Shown here piece after piece: positions 45,827-56,151 of a stretch of DNA of 64,000 nt; the stretch's first letter is position 1, and every line of letters begins with the position of its first letter. The DNA comes from an uncultured Solirubrobacterales bacterium (GTDB lineage: Bacteria; Actinomycetota; Thermoleophilia; Solirubrobacterales; Solirubrobacteraceae). Under the pieces are notes generated by a model that was not told the origin of the DNA, did no database searches, and saw nothing but the letters and a program-made list of their open reading frames with translations. Made by a program: the position numbers and the translations under genes. The DNA is taken from positions 469,930-533,929 of the forward strand of contig CAVRRX010000008.1 in assembly GCA_963723685.1 (NCBI GenBank), written 5' to 3'.

Positions 45827-47401
45827 TCAATGACTGCCGCGCTGCGCCCCGCGCTGCTCGCGTCGCGGTAGCTCTACGACCTCGGCCATCCCGGCGTCGG
45901 ACGATTGGACCGCCGGTCCCGCAAACGCCGGTCTCGCGCCGGTGAGCGTCCCGAACAGGCCCACCTGCTCGCGAAGAACCTTGCCGATGCGCCTGATCCC
46001 CTCGCGGATGTCCTCCTCGGGCACGCCGGCGAAGTTGAGCCGCATCGAGGAGGCCCCACGCCCGTCAAGGTAAGCGGCGCGGCCTGGGACGAAGGCGACG
46101 GCCTCGCTCTCCAGTGCCCGCGCCAGCAGGTCGGTCGTATCGATGTACTCCGGCAGCGTCGCCCAGATGAACAGTCCGCCCTGTGGCTTCGTCCAGCTGG
46201 CGGCCGCGCCGAAGTGCTCGGCCAGCGCGTCGAGCATCGCGTCGCGGCGTGTGCGGTACAGGTGCTTCAGCGAATCCAGGTGCGCAAGCCACAGCGGCTC
46301 GTCATCGTCGCGGGCGGCGCTGAGCGCTCCACCGCCACGCCGCACGCCGCTGCGAGTGCTCTCTTCGAAGTAGGCCGCCACGAACAGCTGCGTGACCGGC
46401 GAGGAGCACAGGTCGGCGCCCTGCTTGCACAGGTTCAGCTTTTCCAGCATCGGCCTGGGCGCGACCGCCCAGCCCAGCCGCACGCCGGGCGAGAGGATCT
46501 TCGAGAAGGTCCCGAGGTAGACGACGAAGTCGGAGGCGCCACCGCGTTTGGCGGCGGCCGCGTCGAGCGAGTGCAGCGTGGGCAGCGGATCGCCCTCGTA
46601 GCGCAGCAGGCCGTAGGGATTGTCCTCGAGCACAAGGATCTCGCGCTCGCGCGCCACCTCCACGAGGCGTCGCCGCCGCGCCAGCGACATCGTCACGCCG
46701 CCCGGGTTCTGGAAGTTGGGGATCGTGTAGATGAACTTCGGGCCGCGCCCCTCGGCGGCGAGGCGGTCCAGCGTGCCCTCGAGCTCGTCGATCGGCATGC
46801 CATCGGCATCCATCTCGATCTGCACGACGTTCGCCTGGTAGGCGTCGAACGTCGGCACCGCGCCCGGGTATGTGGGCGCCTCCGCCACGATCGTGTCGCC
46901 CGGGTCGATGAAGGCCTTGCACATCAGGTCGATCACCTGCTGTCCGCCGGTCGTGACGAGCACCTCGTCGGGGTCCACCGCCGTGCCTTCCTCGGCCATC
47001 ACCTGCAGGATGCACTGCACCGTGCACGCCATCCCCTCTGTCGGCCCGTACTGCAGCGCCCGCGCGGTCGACTCGGCGGCGACCTTCGACATCAGCTTCG
47101 CGTACAGCTCGGGGGAAACGTCTTCGTCTCGGGTAGGCCGCCCGCGAGCGAGATCACCTCGGGGCGTTCGGTCAGCGACATCATGTCGCGCATCGCCGAG
47201 GAGCGCATGCCGTGCGTGCGCTCGCGCGAACAGCGCTTCGTAGCGCGCCAGTTCGTGGGCCGTCGGGCGCGCCCGCCCGCCCGCCTTCGCTTGCCTTGCG
47301 GGCACCTGCCCTTTGGCGTCCTTCTGGGTGTCCGCCGCGGTGGGAAGCCCGTCCCCCGTCATGGGGGGCTCCCCGCCGCCGGAGGGGTCGTCTATCGTCA
47401 T
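45827..47401 (-). CDS. PLP-dependent class I/II aminotransferase (LysN/ARO8-like); compensating indels near 47120-47215
   Basis: ALQYGPTEG, YTIPNFQNPGG, EDNPY and GTFSKILSPGVRLGW motifs. Confidence 0.9.
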   Translation of the reverse strand: MTIDDPSGGGEPPMTGDGLPTAADTQKDAKGQVPARQAKAGGRARPTAHELARYEALFARAHARHALLGDARHDVADRTPRGDLARGRPTRDEDVSPELYAKLMSKVAAESTARALQYGPTEGMACTVQCILQVMAEEGTAVDPDEVLVTTGGQQVIDLMCKAFIDPGDTIVAEAPTYPGAVPTFDAYQANVVQIEMDADGMPIDELEGTLDRLAAEGRGPKFIYTIPNFQNPGGVTMSLARRRRLVEVAREREILVLEDNPYGLLRYEGDPLPTLHSLDAAAAKRGGASDFVVYLGTFSKILSPGVRLGWAVAPRPMLEKLNLCKQGADLCSSPVTQLFVAAYFEESTRSGVRRGGGALSAARDDDEPLWLAHLDSLKHLYRTRRDAMLDALAEHFGAAASWTKPQGGLFIWATLPEYIDTTDLLARALESEAVAFVPGRAAYLDGRGASSMRLNFAGVPEEDIREGIRRIGKVLREQVGLFGTLTGARPAFAGPAVQSSDAGMAEVVELPRREQRGAQRGSH

Positions 47402-47507
47402 GGCCCGTCTCAAGGTAGCGCACCATCCAAACGACTTCATCTCCTGCAACCACGCCTGTGCGACCCCGCCCGTCGGGGCGGGCGGCGGGCAGTTAGGTTT
47501 TAAGGCA

Positions 47508-48134
47508 ATGAACGGACTCGTCTTCTACATCGGCCTCGGCCTCGGTCTCGCCGCGGCCTGCGGCCTGCGGCCGTTTCTGCCCCTGCTGCTTGCCGGCGCG
47601 CTTGCCGGCAGCAGTGCGCTCGGCGTCAGTTTCAGCACCGGCGCCTTCAGCTTCCTGGAAGCGGACTGGTGGCTGCTCGTGGTCGCCGTCGCCTTTGCGC
47701 TCGCCTACGCGCTGCAGATGTTGCTCGGCCTTGCGCCGACGATCGACCCAAGCGACCGCTCAGCCCGCCCCGACCCGCTTGCGGCGTCGCTTGCGGGTCT
47801 GAGTGTCGGCGCCGGGGCGCTGCTGTTCGCCGGCACGCTGGCCGCGCACGGCGATGCGTCCTGGCCCGGCCTGCTCGGCGGTTTCCTCGCCGCCGGCTTG
47901 GCGCAGCGGGCCTCGGGGCCGGTGATCGCGCGGGCACGCAAGCGTCTGCCCGACCGTGGCGCGCGCGAAGCGTTGACGCTGTATCTCGATTCCGCCTCGC
48001 TGCTGCTAGCCGTGCTCGTGGCGCTACTGCACCCGCTCGGTTACGTAGCGATCGCGCTGCTCGCATGGTTTGTTTGGCGGCTGCGGGCACGCTCGGATGA
48101 GAAGTACGCGGGCCTGCGAATTCTGCGGCGGTAG
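47508..48134 (+). CDS. Multi-TM protein, DUF4126-like
   Basis: GLGLAAACGLRPFLPLLL start; DEKYAGLRILR end. Confidence 0.65.
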   Translation: MNGLVFYIGLGLGLAAACGLRPFLPLLLAGALAGSSALGVSFSTGAFSFLEADWWLLVVAVAFALAYALQMLLGLAPTIDPSDRSARPDPLAASLAGLSVGAGALLFAGTLAAHGDASWPGLLGGFLAAGLAQRASGPVIARARKRLPDRGAREALTLYLDSASLLLAVLVALLHPLGYVAIALLAWFVWRLRARSDEKYAGLRILRR

Positions 48135-48150
48135 TGCAGGTGGATACTCT

Positions 48151-48212
48151 CTTTTTTGGGCGAATACGATTGTGAATACATATCGTAGTCACATATGTGA
48201 ATCGCAAAAAAG
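48151..48212. repeat. AT-rich nested inverted-repeat element
   Basis: Outer stem CTTTTTTG/CAAAAAAG encloses the hairpin TACGAT-TGT..ACA-T-ATCGTA and the palindrome TCACATATGTGA. Confidence 0.75.
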
Positions 48213-48254
48213 GGACACAACACTCCTCTCGCTCATCTCCGCCTCGCTTCCGAG

Positions 48255-49790
48255 ATGACGGCCCCACCCAAGCTCGTCCTGTGCGTGATCGACGCGATGG
48301 CGCCTGCAATGCTCGAGCGTGCGGTCGCCGCCGGCGAGGCGCCGACGCTTGCCGCGCTGATGGAGCGCGGGCTCTATGTTCCTGACTGCGTCGCGGCCTT
48401 CCCCTCGGTGACGCCGGTGTGCGCCGCCTCGATCGTCACGGGCGCCTGGCAGGACCGCCACCACATCCCAGGCATGTGCTGGTATGACCGCGCCGAGCGG
48501 CGCTACGTCGAGTACGGCTCCAGCTTCCGTGCCTCCCAGCGTGTCGGTCTCACGCGCCAGCTGACCGACACCGTCTACAACATGAACGGCGCGCATCTCT
48601 CGAAGGAGACGCCGACCGTGTTCGAGACGCTCGACGACGAGGAGGTTCGCACGGCCGGCACCACCTACCTGATGTACCGCGGCCGCCACCGCCACGAGCC
48701 CCAACGTGACAGCCCACTCACGCGGCATCGCCTCGACCTTGATGCGCCATTCGGTCATGGGCCCCCGCGAGCTGTTCTACGCCGACATCTTCGCCAGTCG
48801 CCGTACCGGCTGCCGCTCGACGCTCGGCATGCCGGGCGTACGCGACCGCCACTCCGGCTGCGTGGGCGCCTACATGGTCGAGCACGACCTGTTCGACTTC
48901 CTGTTGCTGTCGCTGCCCGACAACGACTGGCACTCCCACCGCGCCGGGCCCGAGGGCCAGGTGCGCTCGATCGCGCTGGCCGACGTTCAGCTGGCGCGCG
49001 TGATGGAGGCCGCCGGTGGCCTAGAGCCGTTTCTCGAAGAGCACGCCATGATCGTGATGGCCGACCACTCCCAGGCAGCCGTGACCGCCTCGATCGCGCT
49101 GGCCGACGAGCTGGCGCGGCTGGACGTGCTGGCTCCTGGCACGCGAGGTGAGCGCGGCGGCGGCCGCGGTGAGCGCTCGACCTCATCCGGTGAGCAGGGC
49201 GGATCTGGAATCGCCGTCTGCCCTTCCCAGCGTGCGGCGATGGTCTACGTGCTCGACAGCGAGCGCCCGGAGCGTCTGCGCTCGGACGTCGTGCGCGCCG
49301 CGCTCGGGATCGACGGCGTGGAGCTTGCGATGTGGCTGGAGCGCGACGCCCACGGCGCGCCGGTGGAGGCCGTGATCGCGCGCCCCGGAATCGGAGAGAT
49401 GCGCTTCTGCCCTGGGGGCGATGATTTGGATTTGGATGGGCGTGCCTGGTCGCTCGAAGGCAGCCTCGCGGTACTCGACGCCAAGCGTCGTGACGGGCGG
49501 CTGATCTGCCCCGATCATCCGGACGCGCTCGATCGAGTGTGGTCGGCTCTGACCTGCCCTACCTCGGGCGACGTGCTGCTCTCGGCGGCACCCGGCCGCG
49601 AGTTCTCAGACCTCGGCGGCCAGGCGCACGTAGGCGGCGGCTCGCATGGCTCGTTGCGCGGCGAAGACTCGCTTGGGGCCTTGATCCTGTGCGGCGTCGA
49701 GATTCCCCAGGCGCCGCGGCAATGGACGCATTCGCGACGTCGCTCCGCTCGTCTTGGAGCCATTCTCGTCGTCAAGATCTGCGCTCAGGC
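48255..49790 (+). CDS. Alkaline-phosphatase superfamily protein (nucleotide pyrophosphatase/phosphodiesterase), frameshifted
   Basis: VIDAM, FPSVTPVCAASIVTG, DNDWHSH, MADHSQ and GGSHGSL motifs. The 3' end is approximate. Confidence 0.8.
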
Positions 49791-49822
49791 CGGGCGCCTG
49801 GGCACGCCGGTACCCTCGCACG

Positions 49823-51753
49823 ATGGTCTCTGCGCGCACGCTGGCTATCGGCATCGCGGTATGGGCGCTCGGCACGACCCCGGCACTCGCGGCGCAGCCG
49901 CGCGACGCGAGCTTGACCGGCCCCTCCTCGCGGCTAGGGGACCTGGCCACCTCAACCAACGGGCACGCCCAAAAATCCACCCCAAACAGAAACCACCGTC
50001 ACCGTCGCCCGCCAAGAACAGCGCATCGGCCAAGTCGAGCACGACCACGACCAACGCCGAACCGGAAGCGCCGGTCCCGGTCGCCGACCTCGGACACGCC
50101 GCCGCCGGGCCGCTATCAGCTCGCCCGACCGGATACTGCAAATCGCCGACCGCCTGCCGAAGATGCGCGCCGTGCGGGCCGAATATCCGGGGTCCTTCGG
50201 CGACGTCTACCTGAAGGGGCCCAGTCGCTGGCAGGTCAGCTACTTCTCCAAGCAGGGCAAGGAGATCGGCCTGGTGATCCTCGCCGACTACAGCGGCGCA
50301 CGTGCTCGAACAGTGGACCGGCTTTCAGATCGCCTGGACGATGGCGCGCGGCTATCCGGGCGCTTTTGGCAGGCACGTGAACGCGCTCTACATCTGGATC
50401 CCGATGTGCTTCCTGTTCTTCGTGCCGTTCTTCGACTGGCGCAAACCCTGGCGCCTGCTGCACCTCGACCTGCTCGTGTTGCTGTCCTTCTCGGTGTCGC
50501 TGGCGTTCTTCAACCACGCGCACATCTATGCCTCCACGCCGCTCGTCTATCCGCCGCTCATATATCTGCTCGTGCGCATGCTGCTGTTGGCGCGGGTAGG
50601 GCGTCGCAGGCAGTCGGGACGCGAAGCCCCCAAAGCGCCACGGCTGCTGATCTCGCCCGCCTGGCTCGCGATCGGCGTCGTGTTCCTGCTCGGCTTTCGC
50701 ATCGCGCTCAACGTGACCGACTCCAACGTGATCGACGTCGGCTACGCGGGAGTGATCGGCGCGCGAGCGGATCGCCCACGACGAGCCGCTGTACGGCGGC
50801 TACCCATCCGACAACGAACACGGCGACACCTACGGCCCGGCCAACTACGAGGCCTACGTGCCCTTCCAGCAGATATTCGGCTGGAGCGGCACCTGGGACG
50901 ACCTGCCCGCCGCGCACGCGGCCGCGATCTTCTTCGACCTGCTGGCGGTCGCGCTTGCTGTTCCTGCTCGGCCGGCGTGTCCGCGGCCCGGGCCTGGGCA
51001 TCCTGCTCGCCTACGCATGGGTCTCCTACCCCTTCACGCTCTATGCGCTGGAGAGCAATTCAAACGATTCACTCGTGGCGGTGTTGATCCTCGCGGCGCT
51101 GCTGGCTTGTCCAAGGCGATGGGGTCAGGCCGCGACGTCCAGCGCGCGCGGCATGTTCGCCGCTCTGGCGGGCCTCACCAAGTTTGCGCCGCTGGCGCTG
51201 GCGCCGCTGTTGTGGACACACGGGCTGGGCGGGCTCTCGCTGCGACGGCGGGCAGGCGCGTTGACCCTGTTCGCGTTTGCGTTCGTGCTGACGGTGGCCG
51301 TCGTCTCGATCCCGGCCTTCACACACGACTCGCTGCACACGATCTACGAGCGCACGCTTGCCTATCAGTCCAGACCGCGAATCGCCCTTCTCGATCTGGG
51401 GCCTGTACGGCAGCTCGCCCACGGGTGGTCACTATCTGCGCTGGCTGAACGACGCCCGCGACGCCGTGGTCGGCGCCGGGATCGCGCTGGCGCTGGCGCT
51501 CGCCGTGCTGCCACGCCGCGAAGACCTGGTTGGTCTGGCGGCCGCCGCCGCCGCGATCCTGATCGCCGTGCAGCTCGGCATCGACCACTGGTTCTACCTG
51601 TACATCCCCTGGTTCTTCGGCCTGGTGATGCTGGCTCTGCTGGGCCAGATCAACTGGGACGGACCGTCGCTGCTCCCTGGACAGGAGCAGGCGGACGCGG
51701 CATCAGGATCTGCTCGATCGAGTCCGCTCGCAGCGGCCGCGAGCAGCGTATGA
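49823..51753 (+). CDS. GT-C (GT87-like) membrane glycosyltransferase, frameshifted
   Basis: Signal peptide; VIDVGYAG, DTYGPANY, ESNSND, TKFAPL and WFYLYIPWF motifs; many TM helices. Confidence 0.65.
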
Positions 51754-52566
51754 GCACGCCCATCAGCCAAGGGTCCTCCTTGGAGGTCTCAAAGCGCACG
51801 GGCATCTGCGTGACGAGCGACTCGACGGCCTGCTCGCGCTTGACCCCGATCACGCCGCCGCGCGGACCGGTCATGCCCACGTCGGTGATGTAGGCGGTGC
51901 CCTTCGGCAGTACGCGCCCGTCGGCCGTGGGCACATGCGTGTGCGTGCCGACGACCGCGGTCACGCGCCCGTCGAGCAGCCAGCCGAGCGCGACCTTCTC
52001 GCTCGTGGCCTCGGCGTGCATGTCCACGAGGATGTGATCGACTTGCCGAGCTCACGCATCGCGGGCTCGATCTCGGTGAAGGCCGAGCGTCCGGCCTTCA
52101 GGAAGAGGTTGCCGCTGAGGTTGACGACGCCGAGGCGCACTCCGTCTTTCTCGACCACGCAAACGCCGCGCCCGGGCTGTCCACGCAGGTAGTTGAACGG
52201 CCGCACGATCCGCTCCTTGGTGTCCAGGTAGGAGTAGATCTCGCGCCGGTGATAAGCGTGGTTGCCAAGCGTGATCGCGTCGATGCCGTTGCGGAACAGC
52301 TCCTCGGCGACCTTCGGCGTGATGCCAAGCCCGCCGGCGACGTTCTCGCCGTTGACCACGACAAACGTGGGCGCATAGCGCTCGCGCAGGATCGGCAGGC
52401 ACTCCAGCAGCGTGTGGCGGCCGATGCTGCCGACGAGATCGCCGACGAACAGGATGCTGACGTCGATGGGCTGGACGCCGCGGGCGAAGCCGGACGCGGA
52501 CTCGACCGTCTGGCGGGGCGCTCGCGTCGGCCCCTCCACTCCCTGCGTCGCCTCCGGCTCAGCCAT
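51650..52566 (-). CDS. YmdB/TIGR00282 family metallophosphoesterase (frameshift near 52040)
   Basis: FVGDLVG, NGENVAGG, TLGNH, DMHAEATSEK, GTHTHVPTAD and TDVGMTG motifs. Confidence 0.92.
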
Positions 52567-52756
52567 ACTCTGCCCATCGTTGGAGGGTCGATGACAGCTC
52601 TGAGAGAGATCCGCCCATTCGCTGAGGCGGGGCGGTCTTGAGCGAGCAAATGAGCTCCCCTGGCGAGGCCCAGCCGCCCACGAAGGTCGAGCGAGAGCTC
52701 GTCGAGGACGGCGAGGAGACGCCTGCCGAGAGCCGTCTGTCGCCGAGGCCCCGCGC

Positions 52757-53854
52757 GTGATGGTGCCGCGTTGGGTGCAGCTCGTGATGCTGCCGATCTC
52801 GCTGCTGGCGCTGTGGGCGCTCGCGCGGGCGGCGGGCAAGGTGCTGCTCGTATTTGTCATCGCCGGCTTGATCGCGCTCATCCTGAACCCACTTGTCGCT
52901 TTCCTGCAGCAGCGCACGCGCATGCCGCGCGGGCTGGCGGTGCTGGCCGTATACCTAGCATTCTTCCTGACGCTCACCGGTGTTGGCTTCCTGCTTGCCA
53001 ACCCGATCTCCCATCAGGTCATTACCTTCACGAACAATCTCCCGCACATTGTCAACGAAGCCAACCAGCAGATCGAAAGTCTGCAGCGCACTCTGAACAA
53101 AGACGGGATCCACGCCAAACTCGTAGGCCAGGGCAAGACGGCCCTGCAGACGTTGCAGGATCAGCTCTCCAAGAGCGCCGGCAAACTCGCGACGTTCGGC
53201 ACCGGCCTGCTCACCGAAGTCGCCAAAGCGCTTGTCGACTTGGTGCTCGTGTTCGTGCTGTCGGTCTACATGCTCGTCTACGGCCAGTCGATCGGCAGGG
53301 TCGTGCGCAAGGCGATGCCACCAGGCGACGGCTCGCGCGCCGATGACTTCCCCAACCTTGCCCAGCACGCCGTCTCGCGCTATGTCGGCGGGCAGCTGCT
53401 GTTCAGCGTGATCATGGGCACCTCCACAGGTCTCGCGCTCTACCTGTTCGGTGTGCTCGGAATCTTTCCCGACGGGCGCAACTATGCGCTTGCGTTCGGC
53501 GTGTTCTACGGCGTGATGGAGCTGGTCCCCTACATCGGCCCGATCCTGGGTGCGATTCCGCCGATCGTCCTGGCGCTGTTCACGGACCCGATCAGCGCGC
53601 TTTGGGTGGGCATATTGTTCGTCGGCCTGCAGCAGCTGGAGGGCCACGTCGTGGCGCCGCAGATCTTCAGTCATACGCTGCGCATCAACCCGCTGCTCGT
53701 GATCTTCGCTCTGTTGTTGGGGTTGCAGCTGTACGGGATCATCGGCGCGCTCGTCGCCCTGCCGATCCTCTCGGTGCTGCGCGAGACAGCGCTCTACCTG
53801 TATCGCCATCTGTCCTTTGAACCGTGGGAGCGCACTCCCGACAAGTTGCTGTGA
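52757..53854 (+). CDS. AI-2E family transporter
   Basis: ELVPYIGPILG, QQLEGHVVAPQI and GALVALP motifs. The true start may be further upstream. Confidence 0.9.
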   Translation: MMVPRWVQLVMLPISLLALWALARAAGKVLLVFVIAGLIALILNPLVAFLQQRTRMPRGLAVLAVYLAFFLTLTGVGFLLANPISHQVITFTNNLPHIVNEANQQIESLQRTLNKDGIHAKLVGQGKTALQTLQDQLSKSAGKLATFGTGLLTEVAKALVDLVLVFVLSVYMLVYGQSIGRVVRKAMPPGDGSRADDFPNLAQHAVSRYVGGQLLFSVIMGTSTGLALYLFGVLGIFPDGRNYALAFGVFYGVMELVPYIGPILGAIPPIVLALFTDPISALWVGILFVGLQQLEGHVVAPQIFSHTLRINPLLVIFALLLGLQLYGIIGALVALPILSVLRETALYLYRHLSFEPWERTPDKLL

Positions 53855-53905
53855 GTGGCCCTGGGGGTGGAGCGTGAGAGGCGGGGTTGCGGTGTGCGAA
53901 AAGCA

Positions 53906-53935
53906 CGATGCCCCCCGCGCGCGCGGGGGGCATCG
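53906..53935. repeat. Palindrome family copy 3 (30-bp perfect)
   Basis: CGATGCCCCCCGCGCGCGCGGGGGGCATCG; the central 26 bp are identical to copy 1. Confidence 0.95.
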
Positions 53936-53938
53936 GCC

Positions 53939-54658
53939 ATGAGTGGACATACCGCAGGCGAGGTTCTGCGCGTTGAGGGCCTCGGCAAGCACTACGGCTC
54001 GCGCGAGGCTCTACGCGAGGTCAGTTTCGCCGCCCATGCCGGTGAGATGCTGGCCGTCATCGGGCCCAACGGGGCCGGCAAGACGACGTTGCTGTCGATC
54101 CTTGCCGGCGTGCAGGCACCGAGCACGGGTACGGTCGGCCGCGCGGCGGGCGAGATCGGTTGGGTGCCGCAGCAGCCTGCCGTCTACTCGAAGCTGTCGG
54201 TGCTCGAGAACCTGCGCCTGTTCGCACGCTTGGAGAAAGTGGCCGATACGGAGGCGGCGGTAGCGCGCATGCTCGAGCAGACGGGACTGGTCGAGCGCGC
54301 CGAGGAGCGCATCGACCGGCTCTCCGGCGGCAACCAGCAGCGCGTCAACGTGGCGCTTGGCCTGCTTGCCGATCCTCCGGTGATCCTGCTCGACGAGCCC
54401 TCCACGGCGCTCGACCCTGCTCAACGCGAGCGTTTGTGGTTGCTTGTGGGCGAGCTTGCGGCGCGTGGGACCGGTGTCGTGTTCTCGACGCACATCGTCG
54501 CCGAGGCCGAGCGCTACGCGGCGCGCGTGCTCGTGCTCGACCAGGGTCGCCTGTTGTTCGACGGGACACCAGGGGAGCTTGCCCGTGAGGGCGGCGGCGG
54601 GGACTTCGAGCGGGCCTTCGTCTCGTTTCTGAACAAGCGGGGCGAGCGCGCCCAATGA
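53939..54658 (+). CDS. ABC transporter ATP-binding protein
   Basis: GPNGAGKTT, LSGGNQQR and LLDEP motifs. Confidence 0.93.
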   Translation: MSGHTAGEVLRVEGLGKHYGSREALREVSFAAHAGEMLAVIGPNGAGKTTLLSILAGVQAPSTGTVGRAAGEIGWVPQQPAVYSKLSVLENLRLFARLEKVADTEAAVARMLEQTGLVERAEERIDRLSGGNQQRVNVALGLLADPPVILLDEPSTALDPAQRERLWLLVGELAARGTGVVFSTHIVAEAERYAARVLVLDQGRLLFDGTPGELAREGGGGDFERAFVSFLNKRGERAQ

Positions 54659-55983
54659 GGTGGCTGCTGGGCAAGGACCTGCTGATCCTGCGCCGCTCGC
54701 GCCTGCTGGTGGCGCTGCTGATCTTCTACCCGGTGGCGATCGCGCTGCTGATCGGTTTCGCGATCTCGGCAAGTCCCGCCAAGCCGCGAGTAGCCGTCGT
54801 CGACGAAACCCCGCCCGGCGAGACGATCACGCTTGGTGGCACTCGCGTCGGCCTGGACGAATACACAAAGCAGCTGTTCAGCCAGGTCGATGTTGTGCAC
54901 GTCCCGACACGCGCGATCGCCGCGAGCAAGGTCGCCTCCGGTGAGGTACTGGCGGCGATCGTGATCCCTTCGGACATCGTCGCCAAGATCTCCTCTGGGG
55001 TCAGCCAAGCCCAGATCGAAGTGATCTACAACGGCGATGCCGTCGAGCAGTCGTTCGTGCGTTCCACGATCGATGCGACCCTCGCGCGGGCAAACCTGGC
55101 GCTCTCAGAACAGATCAAGAGCGTCGCCGTGCACGACCTCAACCTGCTGCTCGCCGGTGGGCACATCGGCCCGCTGGGCAGCCAGGAACTCATAGGTCTG
55201 CGTCAGCTGCCGGCGACGCTCAATGGAATCGCGAGTCGTCAGCCACCGGGCAAGGATCGCGCCACTTTGACGCGCATCGCCGGCTTTGCAAGCCTCGCGG
55301 CCAACAATCTCGGCATCGCCGCCGACGTGCTCACGACCGTCAGTCAGCCGGTCACGGTTCACAGCACGCTGTTGCACGGCAAACTCACACCGCTGGATAC
55401 CTACGCCGTGGTGGTGGCCGTGAGCATTTCGCTGATGTTCCTGTGCGTGCTGCTGGCTGCTGGTGGGGTGGCTCTGGAGCGCGAAGAGCACACGATCGCC
55501 CGGCTCGTTCGCGGTTTGGTCTCACGAGAGGGGCTATTGGCCGAGAAGGCAATGCTTGCCGCGGTCTGCTCCTTCGTGGTGGCCTTGGCGATGCTGTTGG
55601 GAGTCAGTGCTTTCGTGTCGCTCGACGTATCTCGCATCGGCCTGTGGGTGCTGGCGCTGGCATTCGGTGCGCTCGGCTTCGGTGCCCTGGGCGTGGCGAT
55701 CGGCGCCTTGGCGCGCGAGGTGCGCGCTGCCTCGCTGCTGGCCTTCCTGCTCTCGCTGCCGCTCGTCTTCCTTGCGCTCGTGCCAAGCGGATCGGTTGCC
55801 ACTGGTCTCTACGACGTGATCAAGGCCGTCTCGTTTGTCTTCCCGTACAAGGCGGCGCTACAAGCGCTGGACGCCGCTGTTAACGGGGCGTCGCCGTCAC
55901 TCGGTATCTCGATCGTCCACCTACTCGGTCTTACCCTCCTGTTCGGTGCGTTGGCTCGCCTGGGTTTGCGCCGGGCCGAATAA
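54655..55983 (+). CDS. ABC-2 type transporter permease
   Basis: N-terminal TM helix, extracellular loop, ALEREE motif and five further TM helices; translationally coupled to the ATPase. Confidence 0.85.
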   Translation: MRWLLGKDLLILRRSRLLVALLIFYPVAIALLIGFAISASPAKPRVAVVDETPPGETITLGGTRVGLDEYTKQLFSQVDVVHVPTRAIAASKVASGEVLAAIVIPSDIVAKISSGVSQAQIEVIYNGDAVEQSFVRSTIDATLARANLALSEQIKSVAVHDLNLLLAGGHIGPLGSQELIGLRQLPATLNGIASRQPPGKDRATLTRIAGFASLAANNLGIAADVLTTVSQPVTVHSTLLHGKLTPLDTYAVVVAVSISLMFLCVLLAAGGVALEREEHTIARLVRGLVSREGLLAEKAMLAAVCSFVVALAMLLGVSAFVSLDVSRIGLWVLALAFGALGFGALGVAIGALAREVRAASLLAFLLSLPLVFLALVPSGSVATGLYDVIKAVSFVFPYKAALQALDAAVNGASPSLGISIVHLLGLTLLFGALARLGLRRAE

Positions 55984-56151
55984 GCGGATGAACCACCTGC
56001 CGGCGACCATCGGCGGAGTGGGACCCGATGTACCCCGCCCACTATTGGTGACGCGAGGGATCGTCCACAGTCTCCTCCGGAGGACCGGTTCGGTGGGCTC
56101 GGAGGCGAGGGCTCGCCCCCACAACGACGGGTGAGTATCCTCGAAAGCGCG

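Noticed and set aside
55984-56150. Riboswitch upstream of hemB
   Set aside because: Several small hairpins are present, but I see no cobalamin, SAM or other aptamer consensus. An Rfam scan would be needed.
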